A stretch of 64,000 nucleotides of DNA from Sedimentisphaeraceae bacterium JB056 (GTDB lineage: Bacteria; Planctomycetota; Phycisphaerae; Sedimentisphaerales; Sedimentisphaeraceae), in the NCBI GenBank assembly GCA_044440125.1, contig JBITAJ010000015.1, forward strand, positions 96,001 to 160,000. The letters run 5' to 3'. Shown here in pieces: positions 36,366-47,200 of this stretch. The notes under the pieces are model-generated. The model searched no databases. It was not told the DNA's origin and saw only the letters and a program-made list of their open reading frames with translations. A program made the translations under genes and the position numbers. The stretch's first letter is position 1. The number at the start of each line of letters is the position of its first letter.

Positions 36366-38564
36366 ATGACTTTATTTGGATTGAGTATAGTTGATGTCTC
36401 GGTGATCGTTTTATATTTTGCGTGGATTTTCTGGATTGGATACCGGTCTATGAAACGCATCCATAATCAGGAAGATTTCTTTCTTGGCGGAAGGCAGTTT
36501 GGCAGGCTCATAGCGACATTTACCATGTTTGGGCAGGGTACCAGTGCAGAGAGTGCTGTTGGTTCAACAACTCAGGTTAAGCAGATGGGTATATCCGGCA
36601 TCATGACATCAACCTTTTCTAACTTTTTTGTCTTGCCGACTTACTTCTTTGCCGCTCAGTGGTACAGGCGTTTGCGTCTGCTTACGATGTCAAGCTATTA
36701 CGAGCTTCGTTACGGTAGTAAGAAGCTTGGAGTTGTCTATGGTATTTCACAGGCGTTTTTCTTTATGGTTGTTGTAAGTATCGGTTTTATGGCTATGAGT
36801 AAGACGATAATGGCTATAACACCCAAAAATATCGAGGATATGACGGCTTCGCAAAAGATAGAGTATGATCAGTCACTACGCTTGGAACAACTTGAAAAAA
36901 CTGATTACTCAACCCTTACAGAAGCAGATCGCAACGAGCTGGCAGAACTCCGCTTGTTGAAGCCGCAACGATTTGTGTCTTATTTCAATAAACCGATTTT
37001 GATTATCGGTCTTGCGATTATTATTATGATCTATGCTGTCGGCGGAGGACTTGAAGCGGCGGCAAAGACTGATGTCCTGCAGAGTATATTGACTCTGGTT
37101 CTGACGGTGCTCTTTATCCCGTTTGGAGTTGCCAAGATTAATTCGATACATGGTTCTTCGGGTTTTGTCGGTGCTTTTGAAACTATCCATAAGGTTTTGC
37201 CGGAGATGGTTTTTCAGTTATTCGGTTCACCTGCAAATGCCGAGATGACTTGGTATCTGATGCTGGTGTTTGGTGTTTTGACACTGCCTAACGTTTTGTG
37301 TCAGGCTAATCAGCTTGTAATTTCAGGTGCTTCAAAAGATGATAAAACTGCCCGTGCGGGTTTTGTAGACGGTATGCTGATAAAGCGGTTTGCGACGGTT
37401 ATGTGGGGTATGATCGGCATGATAATTCTGGCACTCTATTATACCGATAATTCAGACCCTGACCTTATGTGGGGATTGGCTACGCGTGATCTGCTGGGTT
37501 CTCTGGGGATAGGTCTTGCCGGGCTTATGGTAGCGTGCCTCATGAGTGCTCTTATGAGTGCGGCTGATGCGCATATGATTACAGTTTCGGGTTTGCTGAC
37601 TGATGGTGTGTATAAAGTCTTAAGACCTGGTAAAAGCGAGAAACATTATGTTCTTATCGGTCGAATCTGTTGTGCTGTATACCTGATAGGCGGTGTTTCA
37701 ATGGCGATGTACGCCAAGGATATATGGTCAATGTTCAAATATTTGATGACGCTTAACTTTGTATTCGCCGCTCCGTTTTTGATGGGTATTCTTTGGCGAA
37801 GAGCCAATGCCAAGGCTTCATGGGCAACCGTTATTGTTGCCGGTCTTGTTACTGTTCTGCTTCCTTTACTTGCTCCTATGGTAGGTCTCAATAAGCATGA
37901 GAAATTCCTGAAAGTTAATTATTCCAAAGAGTTTACTTATACCTATTTGGCTTCAACTTTCGATGTTAGTGAAAGACAGGAGGCTATTCGCAGATGGCAG
38001 GAGCTTGACGCTAAGGGGGAGGCTGTCGGCGATTGCCCGAAGCCGCTTGTTGAAGGTCAGAAGTTTGAGAAGGTTTTTGCTTCAAAAGAGCGTGCGATAT
38101 TCTGGAATAATATATCGGCTACCAGAGATGAAAATGGTAATCTTATCAAGAAGGGTGATGGAATGCTCAAGGCTGATTTGCTGTTGCTGTATTGCTGCGG
38201 CGTACCTTTGGAGAAATTTTCATTCCCAATGTTGGAAACTCTTAGATATGTTACACAGTTTGTGCTGAGTTTTGCGGTATTTATAATTGTTGCATTGCTG
38301 ACAAAGCCTTACGATAAAGATAAACTTGATCATTTTTACGGCAGGTTGAGGACTCCGAGTTATTCAGACCATAAAAAAGATGCACAGGAAATGGCGTTAA
38401 CTGAAGCCGACCCGCTCCGTTTCAACGACCGTAAACTGTTCCCGAATTCATCATGGGAATTCAATAGATGGTACAAATTTGAATTTTATGGTGTTTTGAA
38501 GATACTTTTCTTTGTAATTCTGATTTATATATCACTATTTGCGGTAGTAAAAATCGGTAGCTGA
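36366..38564 (+). CDS. Sodium:solute symporter (SSS) family transporter with large loop insertions
   Basis: EDFFLGGR, GGLEAAAKTDVLQ, GLMVACLMSALMS; 732 aa. Confidence 0.88.
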   Translation: MTLFGLSIVDVSVIVLYFAWIFWIGYRSMKRIHNQEDFFLGGRQFGRLIATFTMFGQGTSAESAVGSTTQVKQMGISGIMTSTFSNFFVLPTYFFAAQWYRRLRLLTMSSYYELRYGSKKLGVVYGISQAFFFMVVVSIGFMAMSKTIMAITPKNIEDMTASQKIEYDQSLRLEQLEKTDYSTLTEADRNELAELRLLKPQRFVSYFNKPILIIGLAIIIMIYAVGGGLEAAAKTDVLQSILTLVLTVLFIPFGVAKINSIHGSSGFVGAFETIHKVLPEMVFQLFGSPANAEMTWYLMLVFGVLTLPNVLCQANQLVISGASKDDKTARAGFVDGMLIKRFATVMWGMIGMIILALYYTDNSDPDLMWGLATRDLLGSLGIGLAGLMVACLMSALMSAADAHMITVSGLLTDGVYKVLRPGKSEKHYVLIGRICCAVYLIGGVSMAMYAKDIWSMFKYLMTLNFVFAAPFLMGILWRRANAKASWATVIVAGLVTVLLPLLAPMVGLNKHEKFLKVNYSKEFTYTYLASTFDVSERQEAIRRWQELDAKGEAVGDCPKPLVEGQKFEKVFASKERAIFWNNISATRDENGNLIKKGDGMLKADLLLLYCCGVPLEKFSFPMLETLRYVTQFVLSFAVFIIVALLTKPYDKDKLDHFYGRLRTPSYSDHKKDAQEMALTEADPLRFNDRKLFPNSSWEFNRWYKFEFYGVLKILFFVILIYISLFAVVKIGS

Positions 38565-38628
38565 TTTTGCTGAAATCACCGAACATCACAATTCGATGTG
38601 GTGAAATAGTTTGAAGATGAAAGTAGTG

Positions 38629-38664
38629 AAAAGCAGGTGACTGTCTGACAGTTGCCTGCTTTTT
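38629..38664 (+). terminator. Rho-independent terminator ending the polysaccharide cluster
   Basis: AAAAGCAGGTGACTGTC-T-GACAGTTGCCTGCTTTTT. Confidence 0.75.
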
Positions 38665-38849
38665 GATTTATTATTCGTTTTGTCTTCATAATCTGCTTGT
38701 CGTTATTTCTCTGGGAGTTGGAGTCTTTAGTACCAAGGCCTTAATTAATTTCTGTTGAATTTGATTATTTGCCACTTATAATAGTGTAGGTTATTGAAAT
38801 AAGTATTTGAGAGTATACACTACACTTTTAATTATAAGCACGGCACCTA

Positions 38850-41222
38850 ATGGCAGAAAAGCAGAAAACATTATTTGGTATTGAGGAACCTGAAAAAATA
38901 GAAATGTCAGGTCATACTGTTCGTATTGCCTTTGATGCCGGTGTTGATCAGACTTTTGATTATTCAGTGCCGCTGAAACTTTGGCCTGTCGGATTGGGCC
39001 AGCGTGTCGAAGTTCCATTTGGAAGAGGGAATAAGCCTAAGATTGGTTTTTGCGTGGGGATTGACTGTTCGGTTCATGTTACAGGTAAGTCCTTCAAAAT
39101 CAAGGCAATAAATGATGTTATTGATAAAAAGCCGCTGCTTAACAGTAAGCTCCTTGAACTTGCCGAATGGATAAGCGATTATTATATCTGTCCTCTTGGT
39201 CAGGTTATTGCGGCTATGGTTCCTGCTGCGGTTAAAAAGGGCAGCGGGCTGATTCATAAGAAATACCTTTACCTCGACATTCTGGATGCAAAAGGCAATC
39301 TTGACGGTGAAAAACTCGAAAATGTCAAAATATCATTAAAACGTGCAAAAAAACAGCTTGAAGTTGTTTCTTATCTTGAGTCTTGTAATGCGTTTAATGA
39401 AGATAAAGCTATAGAACAGTCGCAAATACAGGAAGAATGTCATACTACAAGCTCTATAGTAAGGAAATTGCTTGAGAGCAAGGTTGTAAGGGCAGTGAAG
39501 AGAGAGGTAATAAGGTCCTTGCCGGCGGTTCCTGAAGAATTTATAGTTAAGAGCAAGAAGGATATAGTTCTCAATGAGCAGCAGCAGACTGCTCTTGATC
39601 ATATTAATTCAGAGATAGACTCAGGCAAGTTTGGCGTGTCTTTATTGCACGGTGTAACAGACAGCGGCAAGACCGAAGTCTATATAAGGGCGATTGCTCA
39701 TGCTATTTCAAATGGTAAGAAGGCAATAGTTCTGCTTCCGGAGATTGCGCTCACAACTCAGACTCTCAGGAGGTTCAGTGCGAGATTTGAGAGGCTTGCG
39801 GTTCTTCATTCGTCTCTTACTGACTCACAGAGAAACAGCCAATGGCAAAAAATAGCTTCTGGGCAGGCTGATGTGGTTATTGGGGCAAGAAGTGCGATTT
39901 TCGCTCCGCTTGATTCTGTCGGCGTTGTGGTCGTAGATGAAGAACATGAGGGGACATACAAGCAAGACATAGTTCCGCGTTATAATGGGCGTGATGTTGC
40001 AATAAAGAGAGCCCATCTTGATGGAGGCCATTGCATACTCGGCTCAGCCACTCCATCACTTGAAACGCTGCATAATTGCGATACTAAGAAGCATTTCGAG
40101 CATCTGAAGCTAACCAAACGGGTTATGGATCTTCCCATGCCTGAAATGAAGTGTGTTGATCTCTCTCAGCAGTCGGGTGATCCATTTGAAAACCTCATTT
40201 CCGAAAAGCTTGAACTTGAGCTGCATAATGTGCTTGCCAAAAAGGAACAAGCCATACTGCTATTAAATAGAAGAGGTTACAGTAACTTTGTATATTGTCC
40301 TTCATGCAAATATATACTTCATTGCCGTAATTGTGATATTAGTCTCACTTTTCACCGTCATGATTTCGAGCATGAGCATGAAAATCATGCAATGACGAGA
40401 TACAAGGGTAAGGGGTACGCTGTTTGCCACTATTGCGGCAGTAAGACTCTTGTGCCGGTCCAATGCCCCATATGTAGACATAGCTTCACAATGAGCGGTG
40501 TAGGGGTTCAGAAGCTTGAGGAACAATTAGCAATGAAATTCCCTCAGGCAAGAGTAAGACGTATTGACAGCGATTCTATGCGGTCAGATGATTATTATGA
40601 TTTGCTTAAGGATTTTGCAGAGGGTAAGATAGATATACTTGCCGGAACCCAGATTCTTGCTAAAGGTCTTCATTTTCCTAATGTAACTCTTGTTGGCGTC
40701 ATAAATGCAGACTCTGCGATGGCTGTTTCTGATTTTCGTGCTAATGAAAAAGCATTTCAGCTTATCAGCCAGGTTGCCGGCCGTACTGGGAGAGGTGAAA
40801 AAGGGGGGCTTGTAATAGTTCAGACAATGAAGCCCGACCAACCTGCACTTAAATTTGCTATGCGAAATGATTTTGATGGGTTCGTGAATATTGAGATGTT
40901 CATGAGGGAAAAGTGTAAACTTCCCCCCTTTACACGTATGGCCTTAATTCTTCTTCGTGGTGAGAATCACCAGCGACTTGAAAATGCGGCAAAAACAGTG
41001 ACAGATACTGTTCATAATATAATAAAGTCGGCCGGTTTTGATATTACAGTTCGCGGGCCGGTTGCATCTCCTATACCACGCCTGAATCGTATGTATAGAA
41101 TGCAGCTTTTATTGATTTCCGATAACCCGATAGTGATGAGTAAATTCTTTAAAATCTTCAGAAATCAGCCTCAGATAAAAGGTGGAATTAAGATTTTATT
41201 TGACATTGATCCAGTTTTCTGA
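38850..41222 (+). CDS. priA: Primosomal protein N' (replication restart helicase)
   Basis: GQRVEVPFG, LHGVTDSGKTEVY, LLPEIALT, DEEH, GSATPS, LNRRGY, four CxxC knuckles, QVAGRTGR. Confidence 0.97.
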   Translation: MAEKQKTLFGIEEPEKIEMSGHTVRIAFDAGVDQTFDYSVPLKLWPVGLGQRVEVPFGRGNKPKIGFCVGIDCSVHVTGKSFKIKAINDVIDKKPLLNSKLLELAEWISDYYICPLGQVIAAMVPAAVKKGSGLIHKKYLYLDILDAKGNLDGEKLENVKISLKRAKKQLEVVSYLESCNAFNEDKAIEQSQIQEECHTTSSIVRKLLESKVVRAVKREVIRSLPAVPEEFIVKSKKDIVLNEQQQTALDHINSEIDSGKFGVSLLHGVTDSGKTEVYIRAIAHAISNGKKAIVLLPEIALTTQTLRRFSARFERLAVLHSSLTDSQRNSQWQKIASGQADVVIGARSAIFAPLDSVGVVVVDEEHEGTYKQDIVPRYNGRDVAIKRAHLDGGHCILGSATPSLETLHNCDTKKHFEHLKLTKRVMDLPMPEMKCVDLSQQSGDPFENLISEKLELELHNVLAKKEQAILLLNRRGYSNFVYCPSCKYILHCRNCDISLTFHRHDFEHEHENHAMTRYKGKGYAVCHYCGSKTLVPVQCPICRHSFTMSGVGVQKLEEQLAMKFPQARVRRIDSDSMRSDDYYDLLKDFAEGKIDILAGTQILAKGLHFPNVTLVGVINADSAMAVSDFRANEKAFQLISQVAGRTGRGEKGGLVIVQTMKPDQPALKFAMRNDFDGFVNIEMFMREKCKLPPFTRMALILLRGENHQRLENAAKTVTDTVHNIIKSAGFDITVRGPVASPIPRLNRMYRMQLLLISDNPIVMSKFFKIFRNQPQIKGGIKILFDIDPVF

Positions 41223-41230
41223 TTTCTTTT

Positions 41231-43771
41231 TTAATTATCACAAAATTGTGATATTACTTCAGCCAGTTTTGCTTTTTTCACAGGTTTCGATATATAAGTG
41301 TTAGCACCTGCAAGTTTGAATTTTTCATTTGTAGTTCCGATAATATCACCGCTAAGTGCTATTATTGGGGTATTTCGCGATTCAGAATCAAGTTCTCTTA
41401 TTTTTTTTGTAGCTTCAATTCCATTGAGATTAGGCATATATCCGTCCATTAATACTACATCAAATTTATCGGCTTTAATTGCCTCAACGGCTCCTTCGCC
41501 ATCTTCGACAACTTGGACATCACACCCCAACTGCCTGAGTTGTCCTCCTATTACCATGCGGTTTATTTGAGTGTCATCGGCAAGCAGAATTTTTATACCT
41601 TTTCTTAGAACAACGGTTTCTTCCTGTTCTTTTTTTGTTATTTTTCCTGCTCCGATCTCGATTTCAAATCTGAAACAGCTTCCTTTTTCAACTTCACTTT
41701 CTAATCTGAGCTGTCCGCCAAACTGTTTTACAAGTCTTGTGCAAATACTTAGTCCAAGACCTGTACCACCGGATTTACTTGCTATGTTACTGTCTGCCTG
41801 CTCGAATTCATCGAATATCTTAGCTTGTTGATTTTTCGGGATTCCGATACCTGTGTCTTTGACTTCAAATCGATAGAGGGTCTTGTTGTTATTTGACTTA
41901 ACAGCCTTTACGCTTAGGGTTATGGATCCTGATTCGGTGAATTTTACTGCATTGTTAAGAAGATTTTGCAGTATCTGACGAAGTCTAAGCAGGTCGGTGA
42001 ATACTATTGATTTTCCTTCAATATCAAGCTCTTTGACAATATGTATATGTTTTTCACCTATGAGGGTCTTTGTGATCATACAAAGTTGTTCTATAATTGT
42101 TTTAAGATCAAAGTTCTCTTTTGTCAACTTCATCTTTCCGGCCTGCATTTTTGATAGATCCAATATGTCATTGATTATCGCAAGCAGTGTAGTGGCAGAG
42201 TCTTGTATTGTTTCGAGGTAGAGCCTCTGAGTCTTATCTAAATCGGTTTCAAGAATGAGCTCCAACATTCCTATTATACCGTTTATGGGTGTTCTTATTT
42301 CATGACTCATACTCGCCAGAAACTTGCTTTTGGTTTCATTTGCGGCATTAGCTTTAACAGCAAGTTTTTCTGCCTCTTTTCTTGCTTCAATAAGTTTGTT
42401 TTCAAGTGCCTTTCTTTCAGTGATGTCATAGCTAATCCCGTATACCAGGTTTTCATCGTTGCTAAATGGGCTTGCTGCAGATATCAGCCATATCTTTCCT
42501 TTGTTCTGTGAGGCAAAGTTGTATTCACATTTATGTGTGTCGTGACTTTTGTCAAGGGAGTTGAAGAATTCTCTTACTTCGGATCTGAATTCAGGAGATA
42601 CAAGACCTACATAACCATTGATGCTGAATGTTTGTTGTTTTATGCCTGCTATTTCTTGGAAATGTTTAGAAAATATAATTTCCTTTGTAGTTGAGTTATA
42701 GGTCCAACTTACGGCATTACCTACCTTTAATGACATCCCGTAAAATTTTTCATTTTTGGCAATTATTTCTGAAATTTTAACTTTTCGTGAATAAGCAACG
42801 AAGAAAATAATAAAGAATGCAGCATTACCCGATTCTATCAGCAGGAGATATTTGTAGAATTGTTCCTTGTATTGGATTAGCTCATCAAGTCTGGCTTCTG
42901 CAACAAGTTTCCAATAATATTGTTCTTGATTGCCGTCAATTGCCTTCAATGGGTAAACTGTTTTGAAATGTAAAACCTTGTCTGTTAAGGATAGTTTTCC
43001 GGAGCTATTGTTTGATATTGATTTCCATAATTCAGGGTTTAGTTCTGCAAAACTCTTTTTGTTTTTGAACATAAAACCCATCCAGTTCTGATCTCCTCCG
43101 ATGAGCCAATGACCATTATTGTTGAGTAGAGATGTTTGGTTATTCAGTTCAATGTTGAATTTGTAATTTACTATCAATAAACCTTTTAGCTCATTTTTTG
43201 AATTGAATACTGTTCTGCCTATTCTCAGCATTGGCTTGTAAGGCTTTTCTATCTCTCCATTCTCAATATTTAAATCTAATGGTGAAAAATAGAATTTTCC
43301 TTTTGGTGCAGCGATAGCTTCTTTGAAGTAGTATCTTTTCGACTTGTCTTGTAAAAGGTGTTGCGGCACGAGATAGGGATTATGGCTATTGTTTATTCGT
43401 ATTATTTCCATCCCTGTTGTATCTATAAAACGAATCTGGTCAAAATTTTTGAAGTTTTGGGCATAATTAAGAAAGAGTTTTTCAACATTGCTTTCTTTTA
43501 AAGGTTCACCGTTAATGAATTTATGAAATTCATGAGATTCTGAAATCGTTTTTATCACTGAGTCGATATTGGTAAGTTTTGTTTCGAGCAGTCTATGCGA
43601 AATCTGAAGTTTATTAGTCAGGTCATTATGTTTGATTTCGTACAATTTCTCTGTTTCATGCTGCATGTATTTATATTGAAACAAAAATATGGCTAAAGCG
43701 ACGATTAACCATGTGGCAAAAATTAAAGAAATTTTTATGTTTTTTCTTTTGAGCATCAGCAAATCCTGCAA
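41231..43771 (-). CDS. Hybrid sensor histidine kinase (Cache-like sensor, PAS, HisKA, HATPase, REC)
   Basis: Two TM segments; QIRFID..G.E..R, QDKSKRYYF, SPLDLNIE (dCache-like); FLASMSHEIRTP; NAVKFT, GTGLGL; LLADD...VLMD. Confidence 0.92.
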   Translation of the reverse strand: MQDLLMLKRKNIKISLIFATWLIVALAIFLFQYKYMQHETEKLYEIKHNDLTNKLQISHRLLETKLTNIDSVIKTISESHEFHKFINGEPLKESNVEKLFLNYAQNFKNFDQIRFIDTTGMEIIRINNSHNPYLVPQHLLQDKSKRYYFKEAIAAPKGKFYFSPLDLNIENGEIEKPYKPMLRIGRTVFNSKNELKGLLIVNYKFNIELNNQTSLLNNNGHWLIGGDQNWMGFMFKNKKSFAELNPELWKSISNNSSGKLSLTDKVLHFKTVYPLKAIDGNQEQYYWKLVAEARLDELIQYKEQFYKYLLLIESGNAAFFIIFFVAYSRKVKISEIIAKNEKFYGMSLKVGNAVSWTYNSTTKEIIFSKHFQEIAGIKQQTFSINGYVGLVSPEFRSEVREFFNSLDKSHDTHKCEYNFASQNKGKIWLISAASPFSNDENLVYGISYDITERKALENKLIEARKEAEKLAVKANAANETKSKFLASMSHEIRTPINGIIGMLELILETDLDKTQRLYLETIQDSATTLLAIINDILDLSKMQAGKMKLTKENFDLKTIIEQLCMITKTLIGEKHIHIVKELDIEGKSIVFTDLLRLRQILQNLLNNAVKFTESGSITLSVKAVKSNNNKTLYRFEVKDTGIGIPKNQQAKIFDEFEQADSNIASKSGGTGLGLSICTRLVKQFGGQLRLESEVEKGSCFRFEIEIGAGKITKKEQEETVVLRKGIKILLADDTQINRMVIGGQLRQLGCDVQVVEDGEGAVEAIKADKFDVVLMDGYMPNLNGIEATKKIRELDSESRNTPIIALSGDIIGTTNEKFKLAGANTYISKPVKKAKLAEVISQFCDN

Positions 43772-44218
43772 AATACCTCTAAAATATCTAATATTCTGAT
43801 GGCCGAGTATTTATGATATCGTTTTTTTATTGTAATTGCAAATAATTGGAATAAAAAATATGTTTTAATTATAGTTTGTAATGGTAATTGCTCTATGGCC
43901 GGGAGAAGCAGTTTTCTTGCCCTTTTTTTGTTTCTGGAATAGGCCGTTTTGCCTATGTTGAAGATAAAGCATAAATTTGATAAACTAATGGCGGTAAAAA
44001 TTACATAAACTCTTGCATTTTATGCAATAATCAATTAATATTAACATGTACGTTTAGGCACTAATAAGGAGCTTTTTTGCCCACCGCCTTTAGGTGTTGT
44101 TCAAGAGTTTTTTAGTCTTCGTATTTTGTTGTTAAGATTATTTTCTTCTCGAAGCCTTTTTATTTGAGGTTAGAGGAGTTTGGTTGGAACTAAATAGAGT
44201 ATATGGATAGTTACCTGA

Positions 44219-47200
44219 ATGAAAGGTTTTTGTAAATCATATTCTAAAAAATGGGTATGCCTTACGATCCTTGCGTGCTTCATATTGGGGCTCGGATGGC
44301 TGGCTGCTGCTTGGCGCGCAGATTCAGCCGAATTCAAACTGAAAAACGAGATTTTACAGCAGGCTACTGAAATTGCTCTTACCATAGACCCTTCACTTGC
44401 AAGCCAGCTTTCATTTACTGTTGATGACAAACGAAACCCTGCTTTTGAGCAGATTCGTCAACAACTTATCGCTTACCGAAGGCTGAGGCCTCAGTCTCCA
44501 ATTTACAGCATGGCCCTTAAAGGTAATGATATTGTTTTTGGTCCTGAAAGTTATATACAGGAGGAAAACAAGGCAAGATCTTCGCGAATGGGTGTGATAT
44601 ACAGAAAGCCGGATGCAAAATTGTATGAGGCCTTTGACACTGCTGAAGCCATGATAGTCGGCCCATACACAGATGAGTACAGCACATCTATAAGTGCATT
44701 TGCGCCAGTATTGGATCCAAAGACAGAACAGGTTCTCATGGTAGTCGGCGTTGACATGATGGCCGAGCAATGGAATTTACAGATTAATGAGGCCAAGAAA
44801 TCTCCCATTTTGGCAACAGCTATATTGCTCATAGTTGTTTTTCTGGGTGCGATTCTGATATGGTATCGTGATAAGCTCGATCTTTCCGAAAAACATAAAT
44901 TACAGCATATCGAAACACTGCTTGCAGCAACAATATGTCTAATGTTGACTGTTTATGCAACGAAGATAGCTTTTGAAGTATCAGAGAATTCCCGTAAAGA
45001 TAATTTTTTGAAATATTCAAAGGCCAGAGCAGACTCTATAAGAGAGGCATTTCACGAGGTAGATTTTAATATCGATTCACTCGGAAGGCTCTATGAGTAC
45101 GAGAATGATATAAGCAGGCAAGCTTTTAGAGAATTTACATTGCCAATGACCAAGTCTGCAGAGATAGGGTCTTATCAATGGATACCGGTCATACCTTATG
45201 AGAAGAGGCCCATAATTGAGAATAATCTCAGGGAAGAGGGTGATAAGGATTTCAGTATTTGGCAAAATGACTCAAGTGGTCAAAAGACTGCGGCAGACAG
45301 GAAGGTTGCTTATTATCCTGTTTTGTATGTTGAGCCGATTGAAGATAATAAGAATATTTTTGGTTTTGATGTCGGTTCTCAGAGCATTTTTGCTGCTGCA
45401 ATAGATAAAGCAAGCAAGACTGGCCTTGAGACCGCTACCGATCCCGTTGATATATTGTCATCGGAAAAGAGTACTATGGTATTCAGGCCTGTATTCAAGT
45501 CCAGCAGTAAGGACAGTACCAGGAGATACACAAGAATCCCCGTTGGTTTTATAGGTGCTGAGCTTAAAATACAGAAAATGCTTGAAAGCAACATCAGAAG
45601 CAATGTCAGTCAGGCCGCTTTGGTACATACTGATATGCTTGATGTTATGTCGCACAGGCCGGTTTTTGTTGCCTCAAGTCAGGAGTTAGACAGTAAAAGA
45701 CAGCAATTATGGGATCGACAGAATTACGATCTTTACCATATCACGCCTATTTTCGCATTTGACAGGACTTTTGCAATAATATCCCATCCAAGCGATGTTT
45801 TTTATTCTCAAAATCCTCCAATCATGGTATGGATAGTTGCCTTGACGGGAATTGCAATAACAGTAATACTTACTTCTTTCATTAAATTCCTCCGATCAAG
45901 ACATGCTGTTCTTGAAAATCAGGTTCGCCAGAGAACGGAGCAGATAAGAGAGCGTGAAGAAAGGCTTTCTACCACATTGAATTCTATCGGTGATGCGGTT
46001 ATTGCCACTGATACTGAAGGATATATTACAAGAATGAATCCTGTTGCTGAGCAGCTTACAGGCTGGGATTTCGAAGAGGCTAAGGGTGCGGAACTTAAAA
46101 GTATATTCAGCATATATGATGCAACGACTCTGCAGCCTTTGAACGATCCTGTTTCACGCGTACTAAGCAGTGGAGATCTTATAGGTCTTGCGAATCATAC
46201 AACCCTTTTTGCAAGAAATGGGACAAGATACCAGATTGGCCACAGCGCTTCACCTATTCGCGACCCAGCTGGTAATATTCAGGGTGTTGTGTTGGTTTTC
46301 CGTGATGTTACAGGCCAGTATAATATGCGGAAGATGATAGAGGAGAGTGAGGCAAGGTACAGAACACTGGCAAATTCCGGACAGGCACTTGTCTGGACGT
46401 CGGGGATTGATAAAAAATACGATTATTTTAACGAACCCTGGCTGAAGTTCACTAATAGAACAATGGAAGAGGAAGTAGGGTATGGGTGGCAGGAAGGTAT
46501 TCACTCCGAGGATCTTGAAAATCGTAAAAGAATTTATGAAGACTCCTTTGATAATCGCCAAAAATTTACAGTTGATTATCGTCTCCTCCGTTATGACGGC
46601 AAATATCGCTGGATACAAGACAGCGGCACTCCAAGATATGACAGTCACGGAAAATTTATCGGCTATATAGGTCATTGTCTCGATATAACAGCAAGGAAGA
46701 TTGCTGAAGAAAATCTGGAAAGAAGTGAAAGACGACTGCTTCTTGCTACCAAAGGTGCCGGCATTGGCATATGGGATTATGATGTAAAGAGTGATTTCCT
46801 TGAATGGAATGATCAAATGTTTGAGATATATGGTCTTAATCCGAAGTCTTTCAATAATCGATTTGAAGATTGGAAGAGTACTGTTGTTAAAGAGGATATA
46901 GACGCCACTATTAAGAAATTCAAAGCGGCATTGAGGGGTGAATGCGAATTTAATGTCGAATTTAATATAAAGCGTCCTGATGGCGGCAGAAGGTGCGTTA
47001 AAGGCATAGCTGTTGTAAATTGGGATAAAGAAGGCAGGCCTGTAAGAATAGTTGGTGTTAATTATGATACTACAGAACTGCACAAGGCAAACTCCGAACT
47101 CAAAAAAGCAGTCCAGAGAGCGGAAAAAATGGCGATTGAGGCTCAGGCTGCTAATATTGCCAAAGGACAATTCCTTGCAAATATAAGTCATGAGATAAGG

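Noticed and set aside
44042..44218. Long leader before the large kinase as a possible riboswitch
   Set aside because: Only weak hairpins; I could not match c-di-GMP or other riboswitch consensus by eye. An Rfam/Infernal scan would settle it.
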